DNA from: Candidatus Bathyarchaeota archaeon
GTDB taxonomy: Archaea; Thermoproteota; Bathyarchaeia; Bathyarchaeales; Bathycorpusculaceae
Length of the DNA stretch: 64,000 nucleotides
Direction of reading: 5' to 3'
Assembly (NCBI GenBank): GCA_963846735.1
Contig: CAWJXC010000006.1
Span: 11,735-75,734, forward strand
Below, piece by piece: positions 1 to 9,369 of the stretch. The stretch's first letter is position 1; the number at the start of each line of letters is the position of its first letter. The notes under the pieces were generated by a model. It saw nothing but the letters and a program-made list of their open reading frames with translations, searched no databases and was not told the origin of the DNA. A program made the position numbers and the translations under genes.

Positions 1-40
1 GAAGGGGCATTTGGAACAGAGTGTGCTCATTTTCTCTGTC

Positions 41-1231
41 CTACCGTGTCATCATTCTTCGGAAGACTGGCAGTGCAATTGCAATCATGACTACGCCGAA
101 GACTATCAGTACTATGAGTTCTGTGGATATCTGCGATATGCCTGCGCCGAGCACCATGACTTTTCGTAGAGCATCGCTGGCGTATGTTAACGGTAGGAGC
201 TTTGCTTATGTCCTGCATGTACCATGGCATCTGCTGTATGGGGAAGAACACTCCGCCGAGGAACATCATTGGGAACATCAGTGTCATCATGAGCATCTGT
301 GCGGTTTCCTGGTCTTTGGTGAACGATGTTATGACTATGCCTAAGCCGACGAAGCTAAACACACCAAGCAGCAGCAGCGCAAACACGAGCAGGATGCTTC
401 CTTGTATGGCGACTCCGAATATGCCGATTGCTAACGCCAAGATTATGACACCTTGGATTAAGCCTCTGCCCGTTTGAGCTATAGTTTTGCCCAGCAGGAT
501 CGATAGTCTGTTTACTGGTGCAACCATCATGCCGTCCATTGTGCCGATTTCTTTTTCCTGTGAGATTGCGACTGGTAAGCCTGTCATGACGCTCATCATT
601 ACGGTCATAGCCATGATGCCTGGTGCGATGAAGTCAAAGTAGCTTGGGTGACCTGAAACTACACCTTGAGTTTGTACGCTGTAGGGTTGAACGACTGCAA
701 GAGTGTTTGTTGCGTTCAATGGCGCAACATTGTGCATGTGCTATGCTGTTGACCCATTGCGTTAAATACGCCTGTTAATGCTCCTTGGATGGTGGCGGAT
801 ATCTGCGGGTTAGATTCGTCGCTGACTATGATTATGGTGCCTTGTTGTCCAGTCATGATGCTTTGGCTGAGAAGTTGCTGGGTATTACTATGCCGCCTTC
901 AAGTGCTCCTCTTTGCACCATGATCTTTGAGGTCTGCTGTACTTGACACATTGGTCATTATGAGCATGTGGGTTTGGTTGTTAATTGCTTGTAAACCTGT
1001 GAGGAAGCTTTGGCTTGGCATAAATACGCCGTTGAAGCCTGAGTCCTCGTTGACTACGCCAACTTGCAGGTCAGTTACTGTGCCGTTGGATGGATAAATG
1101 AATCCAACCATAACCATCATGAACAATGGCATAACGATTAAGAGCACTAAGCCAAGTCTGTTGCGGAACAGTTCAGTTAAGTCTTTTTTCGCGATTCTAA
1201 AGCTATGTTGAAGAATAGTTTGTGCGGTCAT
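41..1231 (-). CDS. ABC-2 type transporter permease (frameshifted, rejoined)
   Basis: ORF 899..1231 gives the N-terminus (IAKKDLTELFRNR..LLIVMPLFMM). ORF 27..737 gives the ABC-2 core (YFDFIAPGIMAM, QEKEIGTMDGMMVAPV, FLGGVFFPIQQMP). Likely true stop is TAG at 41-43. Directly downstream of the ATPase gene. Confidence 0.85.
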
Positions 1232-1237
1232 GTTCTA

Positions 1238-2257
1238 TCACCTTACTCTCCTTGGCGCTGCACCAAACCTTGGACCATGCTCCTGCTTGATTTTCTGGTC
1301 AGCGCTGTCTCTTACTTCGTGTCCTGTAATGTGCAGGAATACGTCTTCAAGTGAAGGCTGCAGGTTCGCCATGGAAGTGATTTTTCCATTTTTCTTTCTG
1401 ACAGAATCAATTATAGTGTCGAAAGCTTCTTCACCGTGAACAATAACGTGCAGGGTTGTGGAGTTTTCTTGGGTTACCGCATCTGCGCATTTGAGCGCTT
1501 TTACGGTGGCTACCATGTCGGGTGTTAGGTTTGCTATTTCAAGTTTAATTATCATGGTGTCTCCTCCTGAAATTATCTTTTTAAGGTTAGTTGAAGTGTC
1601 AAGGGCTATGATTTTTCCGTGGTCAACGATGGCTATGCGGTCGCAGAACAAGTCAGCGTCAAGCATCATGTGTGTAGTTATGATGACTGTGGTTCCTTGT
1701 TCTTGGTTGAGTTTTCTTACGAACTCCCTGATTTCCACTGATGACTGAGGATCTAAACCTAACGTTGGTTCATCAAGAAATAGTACTTGAGGCATGTTAA
1801 GCAAGGCGCGAACCACGTTCATTCTCTGGCGCATGCCAGTTGAAAACGTGCCGACTTGAGCGTTCTTCCATTTGGTTAGTTGAACCAGTTCAAGTAATTC
1901 GTCGATTCTTTTGTTTAATGTGTCTTTTGGGATGTTGAAGAGGCTGCCGAAGAACCAGAGGTTCTCTTTAGCGGTTAAACGATTGTAAATAATCATTTTT
2001 TCAGAAACGATGCCGATTAGTTTGCGTACTTCTGTGTCGTTTTTTACTGTGTCGTATCCGCCGATGGTGGCAGTTCCCTTTGTGGGTCTTGATAGCGTGG
2101 AGAGCATTCGCAGTGTGGTGCTTTTGCCTGCTCCGTTTGGACCCAGTAACCCGAAGATTTCGCCTTTTTTAACGTCGAATGATATGTCATCTACAGCTGT
2201 GAACTTTTTGAACATCTTTGTTAGATGATTAACTTCGATTATGGATTCATTTGCCAT
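1238..2257 (-). CDS. ABC transporter ATP-binding protein (DrrA-like)
   Basis: Walker A GPNGAGKST, signature FSTGMRQR, Walker B FLDEPTLGLDP, H-loop TTH, C-terminal PSLEDVFLHITG. Confidence 0.95.
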   Translation of the reverse strand: MANESIIEVNHLTKMFKKFTAVDDISFDVKKGEIFGLLGPNGAGKSTTLRMLSTLSRPTKGTATIGGYDTVKNDTEVRKLIGIVSEKMIIYNRLTAKENLWFFGSLFNIPKDTLNKRIDELLELVQLTKWKNAQVGTFSTGMRQRMNVVRALLNMPQVLFLDEPTLGLDPQSSVEIREFVRKLNQEQGTTVIITTHMMLDADLFCDRIAIVDHGKIIALDTSTNLKKIISGGDTMIIKLEIANLTPDMVATVKALKCADAVTQENSTTLHVIVHGEEAFDTIIDSVRKKNGKITSMANLQPSLEDVFLHITGHEVRDSADQKIKQEHGPRFGAAPRRVR

Positions 2258-2291
2258 TTTAGGTACCACGTTAATTTTAATATTATTCAGT

Positions 2292-2339
2292 GCAATATAT
2301 TGCGGTAAAATATAAGTATTACCCTATATACAACTATAG
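2292..2339. promoter_or_regulatory. Candidate PadR operator palindromes in the divergent promoter
   Basis: Perfect 12-bp palindrome GCAATATATTGC (2292-2303) and CTATA-N6-TATAG (2324-2339) between the divergent ABC operon and padR. Confidence 0.45.
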
Positions 2340-2391
2340 ATTTGAAACCTAATGACAACAGACAGCTGAAGACAAGACAACTGCAAACTGG

Positions 2392-2946
2392 ATGAAAGAA
2401 GCCCAAAAAGGCTACATACGCATGGGCGTCCTTATCCTACTCAACAAGAAACCCTCCCACGGCTACGAAATCATGAAAGAAATCAACAGCCGCACCAAAG
2501 GCTTCTGGCAACCCACAGCAGGCGGCGTCTACCCAATCCTGCGCGACCTAGAAAAATCAGGATACATCAAAGGCCAATGGGAAACCCAAAAGAACCGACG
2601 ACTCAAAGTTTACAAAATCACCGAATCAGGAGAGCTTATCCTAAGAAAGGCAATCTTAAAGCAAACGGAAATCTTCAACAACATAAGCAATCTTTTCCGT
2701 GAATTCGCCCGAGACGTCCTCAACATTGAACTGGAAGATGATTCGGTGCTACACATGCCCTCTCCTTTTTCGCCTTTCCTTGAGGAGAAAGTTGGGGCTG
2801 AGCGAAGCCTCAAACAGTTAGAGCACGAGCGGAAACATATCCACGAAACAGTCAAAACCATGCAGGAACGACTAAAACTTCTCGACAAAAGAATTGCAGA
2901 AATCAAAAAAGAAGCCAAACCAGATTCTTCACAAACGCCAGCCTAG
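2392..2946 (+). CDS. PadR-family transcriptional regulator
   Basis: ILLNKKPSHGYEIMKEI..WQPTAGGVYPILRDLEKSGYI..KVYKITESG, followed by a coiled-coil tail. True start may be ATG 2352 across an indel. Confidence 0.93.
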   Translation: MKEAQKGYIRMGVLILLNKKPSHGYEIMKEINSRTKGFWQPTAGGVYPILRDLEKSGYIKGQWETQKNRRLKVYKITESGELILRKAILKQTEIFNNISNLFREFARDVLNIELEDDSVLHMPSPFSPFLEEKVGAERSLKQLEHERKHIHETVKTMQERLKLLDKRIAEIKKEAKPDSSQTPA

Positions 2947-3046
2947 CTGCTTAGGTTGGGAAAGTACCTTGACAAGGAAACCACCTTGTAATTGGTGTAA
3001 AGAATTAAATCTGTGACTGCCTAATCCATAGGAGAGTGTGAAATGC

Positions 3047-3371
3047 ATGTTCCGCGTTAGAGTTAACAAAATCGAATCCACCCGAGATTTAGACGGTAAC
3101 CTTGGGAAAAAGAATCGAACTCCTTGAAGAACGGGAAGTTAACCCTTACATAGTAAGACCCCAATCAGACGAAGCCAAAATGGCACAAGACATCATGCAA
3201 GCACTTCAAACGCAAATGCCATTTTTGCCCCAGCGCACGCAGATGGCAACACCGAAAATAATCCTGTTCCTAACCGAACAAGAATACGACAGCTTAGGCA
3301 TAACCTTTGACGTAAACCAAGTTTACGAAGTTATCCTTGAAAACCAAGCGATTCGTTTTAGGAAAGTTTGA
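3047..3371 (+). CDS. Arcadin-1 homolog (one indel near 3105)
   Basis: ATG 3047 MFRVRVNKIESTRDLDGNLG joins ORF 3102..3371 KRIELLEERE...PKIILFLTEQEYDSLGITFDVNQVYEVILEN. Resembles Pyrobaculum arcadin-1 from recalled family sequence. Confidence 0.7.
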
Positions 3372-3708
3372 GAATCTCTTTCCTCATTTCTCTTAGCGCG
3401 GAATGCTTCGGGTGAAAAGACAAAACAAACATCATACTTCTTAACTTGCTGCTAATTTCTTCTAAACCTGATATTTTGCCTTCATCACAATAGAGCGGAA
3501 TGGGTTCATCGCCATCACATTCTTCATAGTACACGTAGATGGGTGAAGATGCCCTATCGAACCGTACAATTTCAAAATCTAAATTCAAACGCTTAGCAGT
3601 TTCCTTCGTAGCAGTTCTAACGGATTCTAACCGTTTCCTGCCTGGAACACCAGTTGACGCATAAACCATCAGTTTCCCACAGTTCCCCTTAAACATGCCA
3701 ACCACCAA
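3358..3708 (-). CDS. Conserved hypothetical protein
   Basis: 116-aa ORF with normal composition, convergent with arcadin-1; no recognised motif. Confidence 0.65.
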   Translation of the reverse strand: MVVGMFKGNCGKLMVYASTGVPGRKRLESVRTATKETAKRLNLDFEIVRFDRASSPIYVYYEECDGDEPIPLYCDEGKISGLEEISSKLRSMMFVLSFHPKHSALREMRKEILKLS

Positions 3709-3878
3709 AACATCAATCAGCGAAAAACTCTTTTAAAACAAGCCAACCAACGACCCTTTCAAGCAGCGGAGGGATGAGTGAAAGTGAGTTCAATAGAATC
3801 CCAAAATTGTTGCTGTGCAAGGGCAACCACAACGGCTTAAATCCCAAACAAAAGCCCTGTTTTGTAGAGGTGAAAGAA

Positions 3879-4305
3879 ATGGTAATTGGCGAAAAATTAT
3901 GGGAAGGTAAAGGCAAAAGTGGAGCAGGCTTCATAAAATCCGTTGGAATGGAAGGCGTAACCTCAATCTATACATGGACGGCGCAAATGAAAGGCATGGG
4001 GAAAGCTAAAGGCGTAGACTGCAACCTCAACGTGACAGGTCATCAGCATGACTCCTCCAAAAGGCATAGCAGCATCGAAAGACCAAGGAATGCTTATGAC
4101 AATGACTGGCGATATGGGCATCATAAAAGGCTTTGATTTAATGAAGATGGAGATGGGTAAGAACCCGACAAGCGTAGGCTTATGGACCTTTATGACAATG
4201 TCAGAGAAACTAGGCTGGCTAAATGACACTATTGCTCTTGTTACTTTTGAAGCAACTGACCCAATGTGGACGGAATTAAACATTACAATCTGGGAATGGA
4301 AGTAG
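3879..4305 (+). CDS. Hypothetical Met/Gly-rich beta protein (frameshifted)
   Basis: SD GAGGTGA then ATG 3879 (MVIGEKLWEGKGK...) joins ORF 4048..4305 ending ITIWEWK. Confidence 0.7.
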
Positions 4306-4322
4306 CTTTTTAGGTTGATTTT

Positions 4323-4781
4323 ATGCAAGAACACGAAGGTTGGCAGATGCCTGAATGGTGGTGCCGCGATGAACGACCCGCCAAAGACAGCGTTTACTTT
4401 GAGAACATGTGCAGAGTTATTTTTCAAGCAGGCTTAAACTGGCAGGTAATCGACAACAAATGGCCAACTACAAAGAAGGCTTTTGCGAATTTCAACATAA
4501 ACAAAGTCGCATACTTCACCAACGCTGACGTTGAAAACCTCATGAAAGACACGGGCATTGTACGAAATAAAGGCAAAATTAAAGCAATTATACAAAACGC
4601 CCAAAACTTTGTAGCTATAGAAAAACAATACGGCTCATTCCAAAAATACCTCGACAGCCTAGATAAGTCAAGCAACTATGCAAATGCAGTCAAGGATTTG
4701 GTCAACAAATTCAAGTGGTTGGGGTCGCCTTCAGCAAGCCTTTTCTTATATACTGTGGGCGAAAAAATCGATCCATGGTAA
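4323..4781 (+). CDS. tag: DNA-3-methyladenine glycosylase I
   Basis: YFENMCRVIFQAGLNWQVI..AFANF..LMKDTGIVRNKGKIKAIIQNA..FKWLG. Confidence 0.88.
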   Translation: MQEHEGWQMPEWWCRDERPAKDSVYFENMCRVIFQAGLNWQVIDNKWPTTKKAFANFNINKVAYFTNADVENLMKDTGIVRNKGKIKAIIQNAQNFVAIEKQYGSFQKYLDSLDKSSNYANAVKDLVNKFKWLGSPSASLFLYTVGEKIDPW

Positions 4782-4851
4782 AGCACTATTTTCCTTTTTT
4801 ATTGAAATTAAATTTTTAAACCTCAACGAACAATCTAGCCGAGAAAAGGCA

Positions 4852-5127
4852 ATGGTAAACGTTAGAGTGCATGTTTTTGTAAGCGGCAGAGTGCAGGGTG
4901 TTTTCTTTAGGCAAAATACCAAGCGACAAGCTGACAGTGTTGGCGTTAGAGGTTGGGTGCGGAATCTGCCTGATGGTAGGGTGGAAGCGGTTTTTGAAGG
5001 AAAAGAACCAGACGTGAAAGCGATAGTTGATTTTTGCCGTCTTGGTCCATCTTCTGCAAGAGTAGACTCTGTTGAAATTAATTCTGAAGATTATAAGGGC
5101 GAATTTTCAGATTTTGATATGTTTTAA
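4852..5127 (+). CDS. acyP: Acylphosphatase
   Basis: VSGRVQGVFFR and GWVRNLPDGRVEAVFEG signatures; ATG at 4852. Confidence 0.95.
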   Translation: MVNVRVHVFVSGRVQGVFFRQNTKRQADSVGVRGWVRNLPDGRVEAVFEGKEPDVKAIVDFCRLGPSSARVDSVEINSEDYKGEFSDFDMF

Positions 5128-5131
5128 GGGG

Positions 5132-5560
5132 TTATGCTTTTTTCTTTGGTACCCTAAAATGCGAATCTTTCCCAGCGCTAATGTATTCGCCGCCCATACC
5201 GCGCACTGCGGAAGCAATCTTGGCAAAGTTTTCTGAGCCTAAAAACTGCTTAGGTTTAATTATGATGTATTCGCCTTTTTCGTCGAAGCTTAGTCGGGTT
5301 TCGAGTTCTTCTGGGAAGGACATGCGGATGTCATCGAGTGACCTTTGTTTTGAGGCTTCACGTGGCGCTGCTTGAGGTGTAGGCGATGGTGCTGGTGTTG
5401 GAGTATGAGCATGGACTGTTGGCTGCGTAATTTGTCCAACCGCAAGCGACTTTAGGGATGCAGAAACTGAACGCAGTTCATCTGAAATTTTATTCAAAGA
5501 AACAGTAATCTCCTCAACTTTTTCCAACAGTTGATTCAGTTTTTCCTTGTCAGTGCTCAC
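5132..5560 (-). CDS. Hypothetical protein (coiled coil, Pro-rich linker, small C-terminal domain)
   Basis: GTG start with SD GGGAG; heptad N-terminus, TPTPAPSPTP linker, C-terminal IKPKQFLGSENFAKIA..GGEYISAGKDSHFRVP. Confidence 0.7.
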   Translation of the reverse strand: MSTDKEKLNQLLEKVEEITVSLNKISDELRSVSASLKSLAVGQITQPTVHAHTPTPAPSPTPQAAPREASKQRSLDDIRMSFPEELETRLSFDEKGEYIIIKPKQFLGSENFAKIASAVRGMGGEYISAGKDSHFRVPKKKA

Positions 5561-5640
5561 AATCGCTCCCTCTTAAACTCCTAAATAACCCCAGACGCTT
5601 ATTAATTATTTGCAAACCTCACAAACAGTGAAAAACCTGC

Positions 5641-6675
5641 ATGATTGAAATTGACGGGAGCCAAAAAAGCGGAAGCGGCACAATTCTTCGCCTATCCATA
5701 GCCATAGCAGCCATCACCAAACAACCTCTCCACATAACCAGCATCAGGCAAAACCGTCCGCAACCAGGCTTGAAACCTCAGCATCTAGAAGCGGTGTTGA
5801 CTGCAGGTAAACTTTGCAATGCCAAAGTCCAAGGAGCATCACTTGGCTCAAGGGAACTTTGGTTTACACCCGACGAAATTAGAGGCGGCAACATTGAAGC
5901 CTTAATTGAAACCGCGGGAAGCATCCCAATGCTGTTGCTGGCGACATTGCCGATTTGTTTGTTTGCCAAGAACCCTGTGCGTTTGCATGTGGCAAAAGGT
6001 GGAACAGACACAACTCATGCTCCAACCATCAACTACCTGAGAAACGTATTCCTTCCAGTCCTGAAGCAAATGGGCATTGACGCAGAAATTGCTGTCCAAA
6101 AATACGGGTACTACCCAAAAGGAATGGGCGAAGCAACAATGACTGTTAAACCAAACCGCAATTTGACACCCATTGCATTGGAGAGTTTTGGCAAGCTAAA
6201 GGAGGTAAAGGGCGTTTCTGTCTGCACTTTTCTGGCTGATAGACAAGTGGCTGAGCGCCAATCAAAAGCAGCACAAGACCGCCTCTCTCAAAACGGTTGC
6301 AAAGCCGACATCCGCGTCGTAAATGACCAATCAAACCCCATTCAGAAGGGCAGTTCAATTGTTTTGTGGGCTCAAACCGACACAGGCGTAATCGTCGGCG
6401 CTGACGCCATTGGAGAACTCAGGAAAATGAGCGAAGCTGTTGGAAAAGAAGCGGCAGAAAGGCTCCTCACCGAACTGTCTGCTCAGCCAACGGTCGATGT
6501 TTTCTTGGCGGATATGCTCATTCCTTATATGGCGCTGACAGAGGGCAAATCAGTTTTTCTGGTGCGAACAATTTCCGAACACATTGAGTCTAACATTTGG
6601 CTTATGGAAAAAATGTTAAACGTTAAATTCAAAATCGAAAAGGTAAACAACCTCTATAGAATAGAAAAAAGCTGA
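5641..6675 (+). CDS. rtcA: RNA 3'-terminal phosphate cyclase
   Basis: IEIDGS..GSGTILRLS, IRQNRPQPGLKPQHL, GGTD, GYYPKGMG, catalytic His in SEHIESN. Confidence 0.95.
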   Translation: MIEIDGSQKSGSGTILRLSIAIAAITKQPLHITSIRQNRPQPGLKPQHLEAVLTAGKLCNAKVQGASLGSRELWFTPDEIRGGNIEALIETAGSIPMLLLATLPICLFAKNPVRLHVAKGGTDTTHAPTINYLRNVFLPVLKQMGIDAEIAVQKYGYYPKGMGEATMTVKPNRNLTPIALESFGKLKEVKGVSVCTFLADRQVAERQSKAAQDRLSQNGCKADIRVVNDQSNPIQKGSSIVLWAQTDTGVIVGADAIGELRKMSEAVGKEAAERLLTELSAQPTVDVFLADMLIPYMALTEGKSVFLVRTISEHIESNIWLMEKMLNVKFKIEKVNNLYRIEKS

Positions 6676-6680
6676 CTACC

Positions 6681-7751
6681 ATGCCCAGACCATCTGTTTG
6701 CATTAAGGTTCCGAAAAGTCACGGCGAAAAAACCATACGGTTAGTAACTAAATTTGGGCTTGCCGATAAATCATTGGTTATTCAGCGCGAAAAAGAATCC
6801 CTCTGCATTCCATTGGTTAGGGAACCACAAGGAATTGAGTTGGCAACGCTGAAAAGCCAGATACCTACATTTACCCTCATAACCGCGGCTTTTAGCGAAA
6901 AGCAACTTCCCGTAGAAACCCTAACCCAAGCCCTCCAAAAAAAACTCCCACACGATTTGCTTGCTAACACCCCCCAAGCCTTCGACATTATAGGCGACAT
7001 AGTCGTAATCGACATCCCACCCAAACTAAAACCCTACCAGACCTTAATCGGGGAAGCAATCTTGCAGACACAAAAAAATGTCGTAACTGTCCTTGCCAAG
7101 GCAGGTGACATCAGCGGCATCTTCCGTGTTCGCGACTATACTTTCATCGCAGGAGAACACAAAACCCAAACAATCCATAATGAATTCGGCTGCCAATACT
7201 ACGTTGATGTGGCAAAAGCGTATTTTTCGCCTAGGCTTTCGCATGAACACGAGCGCGTTGCATCGTTGGTTCAAGCTGGCGAAACCGTCGTGGACCTGTT
7301 TGCTGGAGTTGGACCCTTCTCAGTTTTGATTGGCAAAAGAAATCCAAATGTGAAGGTTTACGCTGTGGACTTAAATCCTGAAGCGGTTGAGTTGCTTAAG
7401 GTGAACGTTAGGGTTAACAGGGTTGAAAACCGCGTCTTTCCAATTCTTGCAGATGCAAGAGAAATCGCCGCAACCAAACTCAAAGGTATGGCTGACCGAG
7501 TGATTATGAATTTGCCTGAAACCGCCATAGACTTTGTTGATGCCGCTTGCAACGCAATAAAGCCTGAGGGTGGAGTAGCGCATTTTTACGGATTCGTCCG
7601 TTCACCCGACTCAATAGAAGACCTAAAACGCCGTTTCATGGAGGCAGTGGAGAAGAACGGCAGAAAAGTCGAATCCTTCCTTTACGCCAAAAGCATCCGT
7701 GAAACTGCACCATTCGAGTCGCAGATTGCCTTGGACGCAAAAATCGTTTAG
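6681..7751 (+). CDS. trm5: tRNA (guanine37-N1)-methyltransferase Trm5/Met-10+ family
   Basis: FDIIGDI, YFSPRLSHEHER, VVDLFAGVGPF, DLNPEA, DRVIMNLP. Confidence 0.9.
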   Translation: MPRPSVCIKVPKSHGEKTIRLVTKFGLADKSLVIQREKESLCIPLVREPQGIELATLKSQIPTFTLITAAFSEKQLPVETLTQALQKKLPHDLLANTPQAFDIIGDIVVIDIPPKLKPYQTLIGEAILQTQKNVVTVLAKAGDISGIFRVRDYTFIAGEHKTQTIHNEFGCQYYVDVAKAYFSPRLSHEHERVASLVQAGETVVDLFAGVGPFSVLIGKRNPNVKVYAVDLNPEAVELLKVNVRVNRVENRVFPILADAREIAATKLKGMADRVIMNLPETAIDFVDAACNAIKPEGGVAHFYGFVRSPDSIEDLKRRFMEAVEKNGRKVESFLYAKSIRETAPFESQIALDAKIV

Positions 7752-8182
7752 CATTCAACGATTAATGTGATTTTGACTTCCAATTTAGGATTCTTTAATT
7801 TCTCTACAAAATCTCTGGGTAAATCATTCGAAGCCTTATCCGCGTTAATTGCCAAGGTTCGGCTGCAGACATAACCGCTTTTTCTAACCACCATGTCGGT
7901 CGGATGGGTTAAAATCAGCTTTGGCGAGCCAGACGCGATAATTTGCTGCTTTAAGCCGCCAGCTTCGATTAAGATGGTTAGTTTAGCATTTGGGTTTTTC
8001 AATTTATCTATGAATTCTGGGCTTAAATCTGCTGTTGCTTTGTCTGCTGCCACTGCGATTATGCAATCGCCAGTTTCTGACAGGTGCGTGTCTTTGGTGA
8101 ACATTAACGTTGTGGGGTGGATAGCTTGGATGTTTTCATGTCCAAACGCTTGGATGATTTCCCTTGTTTGTTTGGGGCTCAA
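7748..8182 (-). CDS. DUF371 (MTH639-like) protein
   Basis: AFGHENIQAIHPTTLMFTKDTHLSETGDCIIAV and VVRKSGYVCSRTLAINADKAS. Confidence 0.88.
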   Translation of the reverse strand: MSPKQTREIIQAFGHENIQAIHPTTLMFTKDTHLSETGDCIIAVAADKATADLSPEFIDKLKNPNAKLTILIEAGGLKQQIIASGSPKLILTHPTDMVVRKSGYVCSRTLAINADKASNDLPRDFVEKLKNPKLEVKITLIVEC

Positions 8183-9142
8183 TTACTCGTTAACCTCAAT
8201 CGAATCCACTTTGCCATCCCCATCCAAATCAAACCCATGAATAACCACCGCAAAAGTATCTTCACCCTTGTATTTTTCCAGTGTTTTCTTCCAGAAATTA
8301 GTCAACGCTAAAACACACGCTTTGGTTCCCACCGCTTTGTTCCCAGCTAAAACCACAATACGTTTAGTGCTATCCCACGGATTCACAATTTTAGCTACAA
8401 CTCCTGAAACATCCGACGTGTAAACCTGCGAAGTCTTCTTGGACGACAAACCGCCCAGCAAAAACCCATGATCGGATGATTGCATGATGAATTTGATGGG
8501 TAAATAATCGTTAATCTCCTGTGTTAGAAGGTTTGTTCCTGGACCACCCACGAGGATGAGGTTGGTTTTTTCCTCCTTCTCCACCTTCACATCAACATCC
8601 AACTTTACCGCAAACTCTGTTGGCATCTTAGCAAATTGACCCAAGAAAAGTGCCAAATGCGCCGCGTAATGACCATCTCGAGCGCTGGTTTTGAAGGGTC
8701 CATGCGGCTGCGGGCTGCCTACAACAATTTTCCCGTCGAAAACGCCGTTGTTTATGAATTCTTTGAAGAATTTCTGTAGCGGTTCGCTGATGCTTAGGGT
8801 GCAGATGTTTTGGATTGGTTTGTAGCCTTGGGGGAATTCAATTCCGAAGGCTGGGGAGACGGTTTTGTAGTATTTTGCGGTTGCGCCTTTCTTTTTTTCT
8901 TCCCTCACAACGGTTATGGCTCCGGCTTTGGCTAGTTTTCTTATGTGGTAGTAGATTTTTTGTTCGTGCATGTCGAGTTGCTTTGCGATTTCCAGCGGGT
9001 ACATTTCTTTTTTTGAGAGGATGGTGAGGATTTTCCAGCTTAGGCTGCCGAGTATCATTTTTAGTTGGGCGTCGCCGAGGATGCTGATTTCTTTTACTTG
9101 TTGGGTATTGCCGTCGTCTTGGAGGAGCAGTTTTTTGTCCAT
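8183..9142 (-). CDS. ArsR-like HTH regulator fused to an S-layer-type C-terminal domain
   Basis: N-terminal wHTH (YPLEIAKQLDMHEQKIYYHIRKLAKAG). C-terminal domain with NLILVGGPGTN, NPWD..IVVLAG..GTKA, and terminal DLDGDGKVD. Confidence 0.8.
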   Translation of the reverse strand: MDKKLLLQDDGNTQQVKEISILGDAQLKMILGSLSWKILTILSKKEMYPLEIAKQLDMHEQKIYYHIRKLAKAGAITVVREEKKKGATAKYYKTVSPAFGIEFPQGYKPIQNICTLSISEPLQKFFKEFINNGVFDGKIVVGSPQPHGPFKTSARDGHYAAHLALFLGQFAKMPTEFAVKLDVDVKVEKEEKTNLILVGGPGTNLLTQEINDYLPIKFIMQSSDHGFLLGGLSSKKTSQVYTSDVSGVVAKIVNPWDSTKRIVVLAGNKAVGTKACVLALTNFWKKTLEKYKGEDTFAVVIHGFDLDGDGKVDSIEVNE

Positions 9143-9193
9143 GGTTGGTCTTTAGCAGTAAAGGGGAATGTACTATAAAAAATTTATTTATAA

Positions 9194-9287
9194 CGGTTCA
9201 AAAACTTTGACCGAAACAATTCTCTTAGTTGCGCTGTAAAATGCAAACTGTGAAAAAACCACTAAAACAAATCTTTTAGCGGTCAAA
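9194..9287. promoter_or_regulatory. Candidate operator between the HTH regulator and glmS
   Basis: Imperfect palindrome CGGTTCAAAAACTTTGACCG (9194-9213) plus a half site CGGTCAAA (9280-9287). Confidence 0.5.
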
Positions 9288-9369
9288 CTCTAATATTAAA
9301 AATACTTATTAACAAAACTCCGCCTCAATATGATATCATAATAATTATCAATTGAAGGCTTAGAAAAAA

